Shown: in pieces, positions 9,786 through 20,871 of the stretch | Layout: each line of letters starts with the position of its first letter | Position numbering within the stretch: the first letter of the stretch is position 1 | Origin: Octopus sinensis | Lineage: Eukaryota | DNA length: 23,880 nt | Direction: 5' to 3' | Assembly (NCBI RefSeq): GCF_006345805.1 | Contig: NW_021836525.1 | Coordinates: 1-23,880, forward strand | Notes under the pieces: generated by a model | The model's database searches: none | The model's input: only the letters and a program-made list of their open reading frames with translations | Told to the model about the DNA's origin: nothing | Made by a program: the position numbers and the translations under genes

Positions 9786-10974
9786 TTTTTGTTCTTAAAA
9801 TTCAAATCTCTATGGCCACGTATTCTTCTAATTGTTAGATCTAGTTTAATTAGTACCACAATTAATTACGATTTTACCTGACACCTCTAACATCAGTAAT
9901 ACAGTATAGGTGGCGACGTATAACAACGTTGCATGTGATACTATTCTATCATTCGTATCTCTAAGAAAATACACGATGGCAGGGTACCACACCCTAGATT
10001 TGGGCTACCCGATTCAAGTAGTGCTCATTTAATGCCATGAAGTGCTAAATCACATGATTTGCATTGAAAAGTATTGCAATTTTAACTACACCCATTGAAC
10101 AGGTGAACTATAGTCATTCTGAAACACCTGCCTTTTTATTGTTTGTTTTGTTTTACGGTCAGTGTTTAGTAAGCCGCACCAGAGACTGTCTCTGCTTTAT
10201 AGAATTATGAAATAATACATAACCCTCTGTAAGAAGCTCGTCTATTATCTCTCATAAAACATTTCTGCATTGTTTGTGTATCTGTCAATGGATTCACTCT
10301 TCCATTAGATTTTATAGTTTTTGTTGTCGCTTCTTTGTTTAGATTTTATATGTTTTAAACCGGACAATCTTCCTTATTCACCAACAACAGGGGGTTCATG
10401 TCAGAGAGGAATCCAGTACATGATCTCTCTACCTGCAAGAAACTGTTGGCAAATCTACCCCAAATCACTCACTGCCACAGTAAAAAGAGAGAACGGTCAA
10501 AATAAATCTATGTAGCTATAAATACTTCCAAAGGTATGGGCACGGCTGGAATGTATCTGAACCTCTATGTAGTACTCAGATTCCTTTAAACCATACCCTG
10601 TTCTCTTTACAAAATGAAAGCTACATCGTACAATGTAAGATGTTCACAATAGGAGCACATTTGATATAGTTTTGTTACATTATGACTGACCTTGGGGTTA
10701 AACAACAACAACAGCGATACTCTCTATAGAAATGCATTCCTTTAAAGTTTTGTTTCGTTCCCTTTCGAAGCAAAAGAAAGCAGGAATTACCATATTTATG
10801 GAACTGAAGGATGAAAGTCTTTTGAAGTAAATGTTTCGAAAGAAAAAAAACCTGTCTATTTCTAAAGGAAATTTATTATAGACCAGAGGCAAATAAGAAA
10901 AGTTGAAGGAGGGAATCATAGGAGCTAATTTAGGTTTCAATAGGTTTGGTGGCAGGAAATGAGTGGACTATAAC

Positions 10975-11090
10975 CTTCTTCCTCTTTTTCTTTATTTTCT
11001 TTTTCTTCTTCATTTTCTTCTTCATCATCATCTTCTGTTTCTTCTTCCTCTTCCAACTCATCGTCCTCTTCTTCTCCTTCTCCCCCTCCG
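10975..11090. repeat. Polypyrimidine (TTC/TCA)n low-complexity tract
   Basis: Direct reading. Confidence 0.85.
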
Positions 11091-11650
11091 TTCTAAGTAA
11101 CCACAACGCACACGTCTGATCATCAGTGACTCTTGTTTCCTCATTGCCCCCCTCCCCACAGGCATCCTCTACATCACACAGACGATGCCACTTTATAAAT
11201 AGTTCCAACAACAAACCATTCTCTAGAATATATTTCAAAGTTTAAATTAGACGTCAATCGGAACCTATCCGAACAACAAGACTAATACACCTCGAAGAAA
11301 AAAACCAAAACAACAAACGAAGAACTCGACGGTGAAATAGATAAATAAATATAAATATAAGTATATATAGCAAGATTCGAAACCGAAAGTTCAAGTACTT
11401 CAATGAATGCGAAATATTTGCAAAGTGATATTTTTTTAATATGCATCAAACCATATGGTGTGAACGATCTATTACACAGCAGAAACGGCACTGCAGCGCC
11501 GCCGCAGCGCCGGGGTGTTCGTGTTACCTCATAGGGCTCGTGAGGTAGACATATAAAAATATACACGTAGAAATACCTTCAGATAAAGACAAGGATGTAT
11601 ACATGCACAAAAGAATGTATAGATACATATAACCTGCCTGCATTCGAACA

Positions 11651-11684
<34 letters not shown>

Positions 11685-11814
11685 TTACATAGTCATTAAC
11701 GTATATGCATGTGTATGAGCATATGTATATATGTGTGCGGGTGGGTGTGTATATATGTATATGCGTGTATATATTTATATGTATATATATATATTTATCT
11801 AGTTATACGTATTT

Positions 11815-12157
<343 letters not shown>

Positions 12158-12158
<1 letters not shown>

Positions 12159-12295
12159 GAAACAGGGACAACTGAAGAAGGGGAATATTCCTTGTGTTGA
12201 ATGTCTTGTTTCTCTGTTTTTTTCGTTGTTTCAAAAAAAGTTCGTTTCTATGTTTTTGTTTTTATATTTTCGTTTCTCATTGTGTTAAACTTATG
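12158..12295 (+). repeat. Dispersed repeat family C, copy 1
   Basis: ACTGAAGAAGGGG..TTCCTTGTGTT and TTTTCGTTTCTCATTGTGTT are shared with the reverse complement of 21855-22060. Confidence 0.75.
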
Positions 12296-12377
12296 CATTT
12301 ATATATACATATAGATGTAGGTATGTACATATATGTATGTATATATGCATATATTTATATTATTATATGATCGAACG

Positions 12378-12523
12378 CCACGCATTCTTTTCCAAGTAAC
12401 ACAGGACTTTGTTTGGCTGGAGGCTATAGTAGAAGACACATGCTCAATGTGCCACACAGTAAGACTGAACCCGGAACCATGTGGTTGGGAAGCAAGCTTC
12501 TTACCACACTGCCAAACCTGCGC
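12378..12523 (-). mobile_element. Family A CORE-type SINE, head plus CORE region
   Basis: GGCTATAGTAGAAGACAC..GACTGAACCCGGAACCATGTGGTTGGGAAGCAAGCTTCTTACCACAC matches 23145-23575. Confidence 0.88.
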
Positions 12524-12671
12524 TTATCCACGAAATGACAGATTATTGGCAATGTGATATTGGAGGTTCTGACATTCATTTCATTCAAACATTTATGAAG
12601 TGTCGCAGACAACACTAGCAAATGATACTGCCATGGTATCTAGAGCGGGAGATATAACAAATGGTTTCGGT

Positions 12672-13060
12672 TCATCATCGTTGTCCGACCGTGGTCGAGA
12701 CAATGGAATTTACCATGCTACGCCAGACTTCACGGTCCATCATAGCATTACGGAGGTTGCTGGATGCCTGTATCCCTGGAGATTACATCAGGGTAGGAGA
12801 GTGTGCGTCCCTCTGGTATCGCGAGCAGAGTAGAAATTACCTCGTTTTCAGCTCTACAACAATGTCCAGCAAACTGGACTCTTCTACCTTTCACAAGAGA
12901 TGATACAGGTGGTAACTTCCCATATATTTGTACTTTGGTTGGATGACGCTTCCACGAGAGATTTTGAGCTCTCATAAGGAGGCGAATGTAAGTTCCGTCC
13001 AACCGCCTCTCAAGCTTCTTTGGCGGAGAAGTGACACAGTGTACCATGGACGGATGACCT
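12672..13060 (-). mobile_element. Second RTE-like LINE family, ORF2 C-terminal fragment
   Basis: KLERRLDGTYIRLLMRAQNLSWKRHPTKVQIYGKLPPVSSLVKGRRVQFAGHCCRA, then AMMDREVWRSMVN in a shifted frame. FAGH and DRxxWR are RTE-type C-terminal motifs; short TGATGA tail. Confidence 0.82.
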
Positions 13061-13714
13061 CAATTTCAACGACGCTAATGTTAACTGTCAGCCCCATTAT
13101 TTCATCCACTCTAACAATGATGAACAACCAAAAGCTTTTTAAAGAATAAGAATTACCAGGACATAATCAATAACATACATTGCTCAGTATTCTACTCAGA
13201 GCTGAGTCTGGCGGAATCCTACAACCTTCAGACTGTTTTCGTAGAGTCGGGGCTTTTTAATAACTTCTGTTTCGTCTGTCCCTCCTCATGTCTGAGAGTG
13301 TTTACACAGATGAGGAAGATATTAAATTGTTTATAACCCAATACACATCTTTCCTCGGCTCCCTTTTTCGCGCTCCAAAAACAATTCAGGCAATCAGCCA
13401 TATCGGGAATTGGTGGAAGAGAATCACAGATTTCATTTCTAGTCTGTCTTAGATTTTCGAAGTATTTCAACTTGGTCAAAATATGAAACCTGTACATGTA
13501 AACTAACAAGTGTGTTACCGTTATTCCATTGGAATAAGGTTATCAAACAGAAGGCGTTCTCGTTAAAGAATTATAACCTCTCTTTAATAATCTGTCGGAT
13601 GCCAAACCAAAAACTAATTTCAATTAATCGCCTTAGTATAGAAATCACAATATTTCCTCGCGTACCAGTGGCTCTGAGTTTATTATTTGATTTTAAAAGA
13701 AAAGAATAAATCTA

Positions 13715-13838
13715 AGTTGTGACTTATACACGGGACAAAGCTAAAACAAATAAGGGAGAAAAATTTGGACCAAGATTTAACACCAAAATTAGGGCTGCGA
13801 CATGTACACAACTGCAACTTATACACGAGCAAATACGG
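13715..13838. mobile_element. Possible right end of a Tc1/mariner-superfamily DNA transposon
   Basis: Ends CTTATACACGAGCAAATACGG|TA, with the subterminal ACTTATACACG repeated upstream. No matching left end was found. Confidence 0.4.
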
Positions 13839-14201
13839 TAACATTTAGGGGTGGTTATCCGGGTAAAACTTGGAGTGTATTATTGGAATAAGTCTCTATT
13901 AATTCCTAAGCCTGTTGACTGCAACATCTGATGGATATATGAGTAATTCGGCAGTATAGTTATTGAGTGCAGAATTAGTATGAAAGTTACACCAATATGC
14001 AACCATCATATTTACGGGAAAGAGATGATGTAGACGAGGAGAGATAATCTAGGTTGATATATGGTTCAGAACTAAAAACACACTGACATAAAATAATGTC
14101 ATCGTTATATGTTGAAGACGAATAAAGTATGAAAAATAGTGAAAAACTGTAAGTAATAGGTAAATAAATGAGCCCCAAATGTATTAGCTTATATAATAAT
14201 G

Positions 14202-14202
<1 letters not shown>

Positions 14203-14242
<40 letters not shown>
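14203..14242. repeat. (TAA)n microsatellite
   Basis: Direct reading. Confidence 0.95.
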
Positions 14243-14245
<3 letters not shown>

Positions 14246-14621
14246 GTTTAACTATGTCAACTAATTAAAAGCAAGGATAGTAATGAGAAATGTACTGTTT
14301 TCACTCAGGTAATTTTACGGATGATTACATCGACATTAAAGAGCACAAGATAGGTGGCGCTATGGATGCTATCTTAAAAGCCATAAAATATTATAGAAAA
14401 GCATATTTATATGAGAATTAAATTATGACATGTAAAAGAGGAATAATTAATAATAAAAAAGCCGTTAATAGAGGAACAAACACATTGCACCTGAACATGG
14501 TTAACATAAGATTTTGCGTTAATTGTAAAATAAATATTTATCATTGCAGATGGTATAGTTTAATGTTATAATAGAAACATAACGATTTGGTGAAGCCCTT
14601 AATTAAAATTTAAAAGACCTA

Positions 14622-14825
14622 GCGCCCAGGCAAGGTCATGTGGTTTAAAGTAAGCTTCACAAGACGCAAGGATCTACGTTCAATCCTACACTTTGGAGCT
14701 ATGGGAGTGTACTTCCTGTTATATTCTCGGTGTTTTTCATGTTTCTTTCACTATACATTCGGATTAAGCAACACTTTGTGCGAGGATTTGGTCGACGGAA
14801 ACTGTGCTGAACCTTGTATCTACGT
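14622..14825 (+). mobile_element. Old, diverged family A SINE
   Basis: GGATTTGGTCGACGGAAACTG matches the family A GGATTTGGTAGACGGAAACTG; decayed head with GTTCAATCC. Confidence 0.6.
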
Positions 14826-14857
14826 ATCTATCAACAAACCAATCAATCAATCAAGCA

Positions 14858-14923
<66 letters not shown>

Positions 14924-14930
14924 ATGTCTG

Positions 14931-14988
<58 letters not shown>

Positions 14989-14989
14989 C

Positions 14990-15073
<84 letters not shown>
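14858..15073. repeat. (TATC)n microsatellite
   Basis: Direct reading. Confidence 0.97.
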
Positions 15074-15075
<2 letters not shown>

Positions 15076-15362
15076 TCAGCTTTCTCGCTCGGTCCGTAGA
15101 TGAACGACAACGGTAGATATTGATATTTCGCTATTCTTTCAGGTCATCAGTAGCGTATACTCGAGTCACCCTCGAAACGAATTCAAATCGGTGATCTGAG
15201 GGACGTGCAAATAGCACAGAATCTGTCTGGTGCCGTGCAACAGCGTCGCACAAATAAAACAAAATAAAATTTTGAATTAGAAGCAGATCGAATATTGTAT
15301 AAATTATTATTGTCACATATTTAATGTGTCTTGTTTAAATACTTTCAGACGCGCGTGTGTGT

Positions 15363-15404
15363 GTATATATATATATATATTATATAATATATATATTATA
15401 TATA

Positions 15405-15495
<91 letters not shown>

Positions 15496-15528
15496 TAAAA
15501 TATATATATATATTATATATATATATAA
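15363..15528. repeat. (TA)n tract
   Basis: Direct reading. Confidence 0.95.
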
Positions 15529-15530
15529 TG

Positions 15531-15736
15531 TTTTATAATTACAAGTATAATTATAATTAGGGTTCAGCAAAGATTTGCTTTACCACATACTGGAGTTTAG
15601 AAATAGCAGCCAAAGAACCTTAGCTATTTTTTCTTCTAGAAGAAATAGCTAAGGTTCTTTGGCTGCTATTTCTAAACTTCGGTATGTGGTAAATCTTTGC
15701 TGAACCCTAATTATAATTATACTCGTAATTATAAAA
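15531..15736. repeat. Spacerless foldback palindrome, arms 107 and 99 bp
   Basis: Centre TTTCTTCT|AGAAGAAA between 15637 and 15638. The arms differ by 3 substitutions, one 5-bp indel and one 3-bp indel. Confidence 0.95.
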
Positions 15737-15877
15737 TATTGTTTAAGTTTACTGAGAAATGGTCCTTTTATCATGCCGACTTCTATTGGTGGAATTATTA
15801 ATTACTAGTTAATTAATTAATTTTATCCTTTAGTATTATTGATAATATATATATATATATATATATATTCAGATGCA

Positions 15878-15878
15878 C

Positions 15879-15926
<48 letters not shown>
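15878..15926. repeat. (GATA)n tract abutting the 3' end of the Tx1-like LINE
   Basis: Direct reading. Confidence 0.95.
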
Positions 15927-15927
<1 letters not shown>

Positions 15928-15998
15928 TGTTTCTTTATTAGCCACACAGGGCTGCACACAGATAGAACAAATTACAAGGTAGAGCTTTTCTTTTGAAG

Positions 15999-16037
<39 letters not shown>

Positions 16038-17652
16038 AAGGGGGAGTTTCGATCAAAAGGGATCGTAAAAGGAGAGAAGGAGGACAAAAAGAAGGGGGGG
16101 TTAAAAAAAATAAAAAAAAATAAAAAAAGGGGGGGAGAGGAAAAAAAAATTGATCAATAGGGATCGTTATCACAGAAATGTCAATATGAAGTGTAAAGGG
16201 GAGGACAGGTGAGGTTTACCCGTGGAAAGAAAAGCCTACGGAAAAGACCACGGTTACCTCGGTCAATGAAGTCACATTTTATATTTCTTTTTTTTTTTTT
16301 TTTTTTTTGCAAATAAGCAACTCTCTGTTTTCGATTTCTGGGTTCATAGGACTATGCTCAAGGTGGCTTCGTCATTCATACGTGCCATTCTTGCTACATT
16401 CACCCATCTTTTTTTAAAACATTCGCTAGACAAAACTTGCCTCTCTACTCTCACTTTCCTTTTCAAGTGGTACTTGAAGTTGATGAGAGATTGACCAGAG
16501 AGGAAAGTGTTTGTCTCCAATCCTTTCAGACGCGTCCACCAGATACATTCTTTCGCCATAGCCACAAGGATGATGAAAATAGCTCTTCCTTCCCGTTTGA
16601 AGGAAGGAGGCGTGACAATATTGACGATAGACTCAGCTGATAAACCGACTCGTCCCACACGTGACAGCAGTTGTTCGACATAAGCCCACAGGTCGGAAAT
16701 TGTTGGACACTGAACGAGTGCGTGCAGAACGGTTTCGTCGCTCTGACCGCATCTCGGGCAGGTCGGCCCCGTGTTTCTCGAGCCGTGTCTGTAGAGCTTA
16801 TCCCGAACGGGTAGCGCTTCTCGGTAGCATTGCCAGGCCAGGGATCTCTGAAGTTGTCCATGGGCCCTGGCCCGAAAGTCGTCCCGAACAGGCGGGTCAG
16901 GTACTCCTCGTCGACGTCCAGGTTCGCCCCGAGCTCGTCGTCGTACCTCCCTCCACTAAACCCCTATAGAATGCTTTGGTTGTGTTGAAGTCACTTAAGG
17001 TCGACCCAGGACGGCAGAGTTGCTTGAGAGCAACGCGACACTCGCGGTGCCATTCGCCCTTCCTCGGCCTCTTTTTGATCCACGACTGCAGTTCGGTCAT
17101 GGAGACGAGCGGCGGAAGCGTGCCTCACAAACGGCGACCACACCTGTTCACCGTCGTCTACATAGAGCCAGAGATGTCGCAGTCTCAGCGCGTGTCTGCG
17201 CATCATCAACCACGGCATGCCCAGCCCTCCTTTTAACGGGTGTTGACAGCAAATGGATCGCCTGACCATCGGGACGCATCTTTCCACAAGAAGCGAAAGA
17301 GGATGCGTTGTAGTTTGGTGATGGTAGGGTCGGGACAAGGTACGACGGTCAGGCGGTAGTAGATGACGGACGCGATGTACGTGTTCGCCACCTCCGCTCG
17401 ACCTTTTAGGGACAGTTTCCTCTCGGCCCATTGCCGGGCGAGGGTGACCACCCTACTCGTTATCTCGTTCCAGTTCTTCTCCACTTGGAGGTCCGGACCG
17501 AACCAGACCCCGAGCAACTCAACCGGGCCGTCGGTCCAGCGTCCCACGACGGAGGCGCTGGTGGACGGCATGGGCTTGCTTCTCCAGGTGCCTAGTCGCA
17601 AGCCCACTGACTTTTCCCGGTTGATTTTCGCTCCTGTCACCGCTTCGTAGTT
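15927..17652 (-). mobile_element. Tx1/L1-clade LINE, 5'-truncated: ORF2 C-terminal part plus ~417-bp 3' UTR
   Basis: Joined frames read YEAVTGAKINREKS..ELLGVWFG..LSLKGRAEVANTYIASVIYYRL..FRFLW..GGLGMP..CPRCGQSDETVLHALVQC (CCHC zf-RVT)..IWWTR..LSIVL*, stop at 16344-16346. The 3' UTR is pyrimidine-rich and ends AATAAAGAAAC. Confidence 0.92.
16344..17650 (-). pseudogene. ORF2 remnant of the Tx1-like LINE (about 4 frameshifts, no in-frame stop seen)
   Basis: Continuous protein similarity across ORF-track segments 17233-17805, 16991-17431, 16897-17100 and 16344-16658, plus short intervening frames. Confidence 0.85.
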
Positions 17653-17720
<68 letters not shown>

Positions 17721-17812
17721 CAGATAGACAGACAGACAGACAGACAGATAGACAGACAGACAGATAGATAAATAGATAGATACATACATACATACATAAA
17801 TACATACATAGA
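17653..17812. repeat. (GATA)n/(GACA)n/(CATA)n tract abutting the 5' truncation point of the Tx1-like LINE
   Basis: Direct reading; same strand orientation as 15878-15926. Confidence 0.95.
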
Positions 17813-18619
17813 AAGACAGGCAGGCAGACAGTCCGGCAGACAGACTGACAGACAAGGCCGAGTGGCTGAGTATTTCTTGTCGTAAATATACGGTTCGGTG
17901 TCCTCTTACTGTGAAATCTGACTGGCGAAAACTGTATAGAACCGCGTCTCAGCGACCGAGGCTCAACTCAATGATCCGGTTTCGATACCCAGCCCCTTAT
18001 ACTGATTTTACTGAAGAATTACTTTAACGATGGCCACACTTGTCTGTCGAAAACCCACTCATACGAATCGGTAATTCAAAGAGTCGGTGATTTGGTTGAT
18101 GGATCAAACGATCATCTGTGTGTATTGTGTATACAAGTGTCTTTCAGAAAATATACAAGAAATTGGAATCGAGAGAATAATGGCAATGCATGATGACATA
18201 TAAAATATGTAAAAGAATTTGTGTGATTTTAGAAACTTGAAAAGTAGCGTATGATCTTCGATGGCAAGCCAGTTCTTTGTCACCAGATATTCAAGTGAAG
18301 ACGTTTGTTATGACGTCTTTGCCATTTATCTAAACAAAACTCTAACGTAATTCCTGAACTGGCGCATCACTCTTGCAGCATCAAAGCTCGTCGTTGCAGA
18401 TGCATATGTCGATTAGCTGCACTGCCCCCCGATGTTCTGGAATCAGTTACATGCATATGTTGGATAATTGCACCACTGTCTCCGTGGTGTTCTACAATAT
18501 CTGTTACCGGTTGTAATTAGTTAAAATAACTGTGTTGTCAACATTTCTATAAATGATAAAGGCGAGAAATTAAGAGAAACGCAAGAATGGCAAATTATAA
18601 TATTTCGTTGTTCCACAAC

Positions 18620-18880
18620 GAAATTCTGAGTTCGAATTTCGCTGAGGTCGAGTTTGTTTTTCAGGGCCAATAAGACTAAGTATCGATCAAGTATAAGAAT
18701 GAGGCGGTGAGCTGGTAGGATCGATTGCGCGTCGAACAAAATGCTTTGTGCTATTTCTTCCGTTTTAAGATCAAGTCCGGTTGAGGTCAACTTTGTCTTT
18801 CATCCCTTTGGGGTCGATAAAACAATGTAACAGTCGAGTACTAAGGTAAACGCGTTCGATCTGCACTCTTTCCTTAGAAG
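18620..18880 (+). mobile_element. Two decayed family B SINE pieces (about 18620-18690 and 18700-18880)
   Basis: TTCTGAGTTCGAATTTCGCTGAGGTCGA; GGCGGTGAGCTGG..GAGGTCAACTTTGTCTTTCATCCCTTTGGGGTCGATAAAA. Confidence 0.75.
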
Positions 18881-18885
18881 TGCTC

Positions 18886-19108
18886 CCAACATTTGGGATA
18901 CTTGATAGGTTTGTAGAGGAAATCCACTCCATAGATATCAAAACCCGCACAATTCTGACAACTGGGAACTTCCACAGAAGCAGTGATGTTGACAGGCTCT
19001 ACGGCTCTATCTAAGAAGAAATGAAGGTTGTTGAGACCTGAGATCAGTGCAGACGGCCTTCGAATGCCGTATAGTATCACTCAAATAGCACCTTCTGAAC
19101 AACAGCAG

Positions 19109-19110
<2 letters not shown>
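18886..19110 (+). mobile_element. R4/Dong-like RLE LINE, 5' piece (post-RT region)
   Basis: PTFGILDRFVEEIHSIDIKTRTILT-GNFHRSSDVDRLY, then AFECRIVSLK*HLLNNS across frameshifts. FH..SDVDRLY is characteristic of R4/Dong-type ORFs. Confidence 0.75.
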
Positions 19111-19174
<64 letters not shown>

Positions 19175-19177
<3 letters not shown>

Positions 19178-19419
19178 GATTCAGATGAACATGGTACTTA
19201 AGTTAAAGCACCAGAATTTTGTATGGTATTATCCATACAATTCAAATGGGGTGATTATAATCGAAATAAGCAACAAGTATATTCAAGCCGGAGTAGTACA
19301 ATCGTTTCATGCTACTTCATTTTATTAAACACTGTAGGTATTACATGAGCTTTAAAATGTCGAACAATCTTCAGCCACTTATAGAATTTTCCAATTAAAC
19401 GGACAATGCACATTCTTAT

Positions 19420-19422
<3 letters not shown>
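19175..19422. other. 248-bp unassigned insert flanked by (TA)n tracts at 19111-19174 and 19423-19470
   Basis: It interrupts the R4/Dong-like element; the protein-level sequence resumes after the second (TA)n tract. Confidence 0.65.
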
Positions 19423-19470
<48 letters not shown>

Positions 19471-19474
<4 letters not shown>

Positions 19475-20487
19475 TGCAATGCTGAAGAGTGAAGTGAGTA
19501 GCATTGTACGAGTTGGCAGCGAGACCTTAAGAAGCACTTTCTTCCCGATGATCCATTCAGCCACAAAACAGCTGGGTTCTCTTATTTCAGAGAATACTTG
19601 GATGGAAAGCACTCAGCATACACAAAAAATAAAATATTATTCATGGGTATGTTGCATAGAAGCTTGAAGAGAACAGTAGAATTGACGCGAAGCGCAGCCT
19701 CTCTTGGACACAAGACCATTGCATCACATTACACTTTGAAGGCTATGCGTTTGCAATCCAGAAACAGGAGATTACCACAAAGTACTTGGTGAACAAGAGA
19801 GACAATGACGCTCTTGTAATCCCAAAGTCCAACTGCATGTGTAGGCTATGTCATGTTCTGTGGAATACATCGCGCATGTGATTAGCAGCTGTCCTAAAAT
19901 GTCGTCACGGTACTATCCCCTATGCGGCACGATGTTGTCGCTAATGCCATCCGCAAAAAAGACCGTCCTGAAATAAATTTAGAAAATCCCTCAGTTATGG
20001 AATCCATTCATAAACATCAACTCAAGGAATACTGGTGTATTCTCATCAAAACGTCTGTCAAATGTAAGCAGAACAGACCGGATATTGTAGTTTGAGACAG
20101 AAGGGCAAAGGTATGCACCATCATAGAGGTCAGCTGCCCTGCGGATATAAAAATCTTATTGAAAATCAAAGAAAAAGAGGATATCATAGGACAACCGCTT
20201 CGAAACCTCCAGATTTTATATCCAGACTATGAATTCATATTCATACCAATAATTGGGGTACTAGGTTTTGTTAGTAAATACTTAAAGGAGAATCTGGATA
20301 AACTGGGATTTTCAGAAAGAGAAATCAACCGACTAATTCGTGCAATCTGTGAGTGGAAGAGTAAAAATATACGAGACTTTTCTCAAGTTCCAAATGTGAA
20401 TTTGTCTGTGTTAACTACATCCCAAAGATGGAGCCTTGTATCTTTGTTGGAAACCGGTTCCCACCTCAGAGGAAGTTTTATAATAAT
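19471..20487 (+). mobile_element. R4/Dong-like RLE LINE, 3' piece, decayed
   Basis: FAIQKQEITTKYL..CRLCH..EYIAHVISSC (CCHC)..RHDVVA..NRPDIVV*..TIIEVSCP (RH, PD and E motifs of the restriction-like endonuclease). Ends in a short TAATAAT. Confidence 0.88.
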
Positions 20488-20499
20488 TTAAAAATATAT

Positions 20500-20650
20500 A
20501 CATATGATGGGCTTCGGCATAGTTTCCGTCAGCCAAACTAGAATCCGGAAAAACCGAGCAGTTAGATGAAACGTGTAATGGCGTGATTTTCATAGGGAAC
20601 TGTTTGAACCACGTGACTATACTGCTTTCGTGACGTATTTGTACTTTTAT
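20500..20650 (-). mobile_element. Decayed family A SINE fragment
   Basis: GATGGGCTTC..AGTTTCCGTCAGCCAAA resembles GACAGGCTTCTTTCAGTTTCCGTCTACCAAA at 23417-23449. Confidence 0.5.
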
Positions 20651-20831
20651 TTGCAATCCGTGCTTGTGGTATTTCTATAAAGTGTTTATTTACAGTGAAT
20701 ATAGAGTGTCATTAGGCCAATAAAAATTTTAATTCACACACTAACTGGCTCAAACCAAATGCTAGAACGAAATATCTGTTACTTCTACATCAGAAACTAA
20801 GACATGCGTATATATGTTAACATGTATGCAT

Positions 20832-20871
<40 letters not shown>

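Noticed and set aside
10930-11238. Lys-rich 102-aa ORF
   Set aside because: It derives from the (TTC)n low-complexity tract, with no domain or splice support.
11525-11548. Hairpin containing TGAGGTAG (let-7 5' end)
   Set aside because: The match stops after 8 nt, and the stem is far too short for a pre-miRNA.
13228-13509. 93-aa non-repetitive ORF with an acceptor-like TACAG near 13488
   Set aside because: No recognisable family, and ORFs of this length are expected by chance in six frames of 24 kb. It needs RNA-seq or tBLASTn support.
15128-15155. Minus-strand CGCTA-CTGATGA-CCT-GAAA-GAA-TAGCG as a hammerhead
   Set aside because: Stem I and the core words are present, but stem II cannot form and there is no stem III or UH cleavage triplet. 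At best it is a dead remnant.
17855-18050. Possible very old SINE remnant (TTCGATACCC, AAACTGTATAGAACC)
   Set aside because: Similarity to the families in this window is too weak to assign by eye.
18230-18520. Moderately GC-rich unique stretch as a coding exon
   Set aside because: All frames hit stops quickly and no motif or good splice pair was found.
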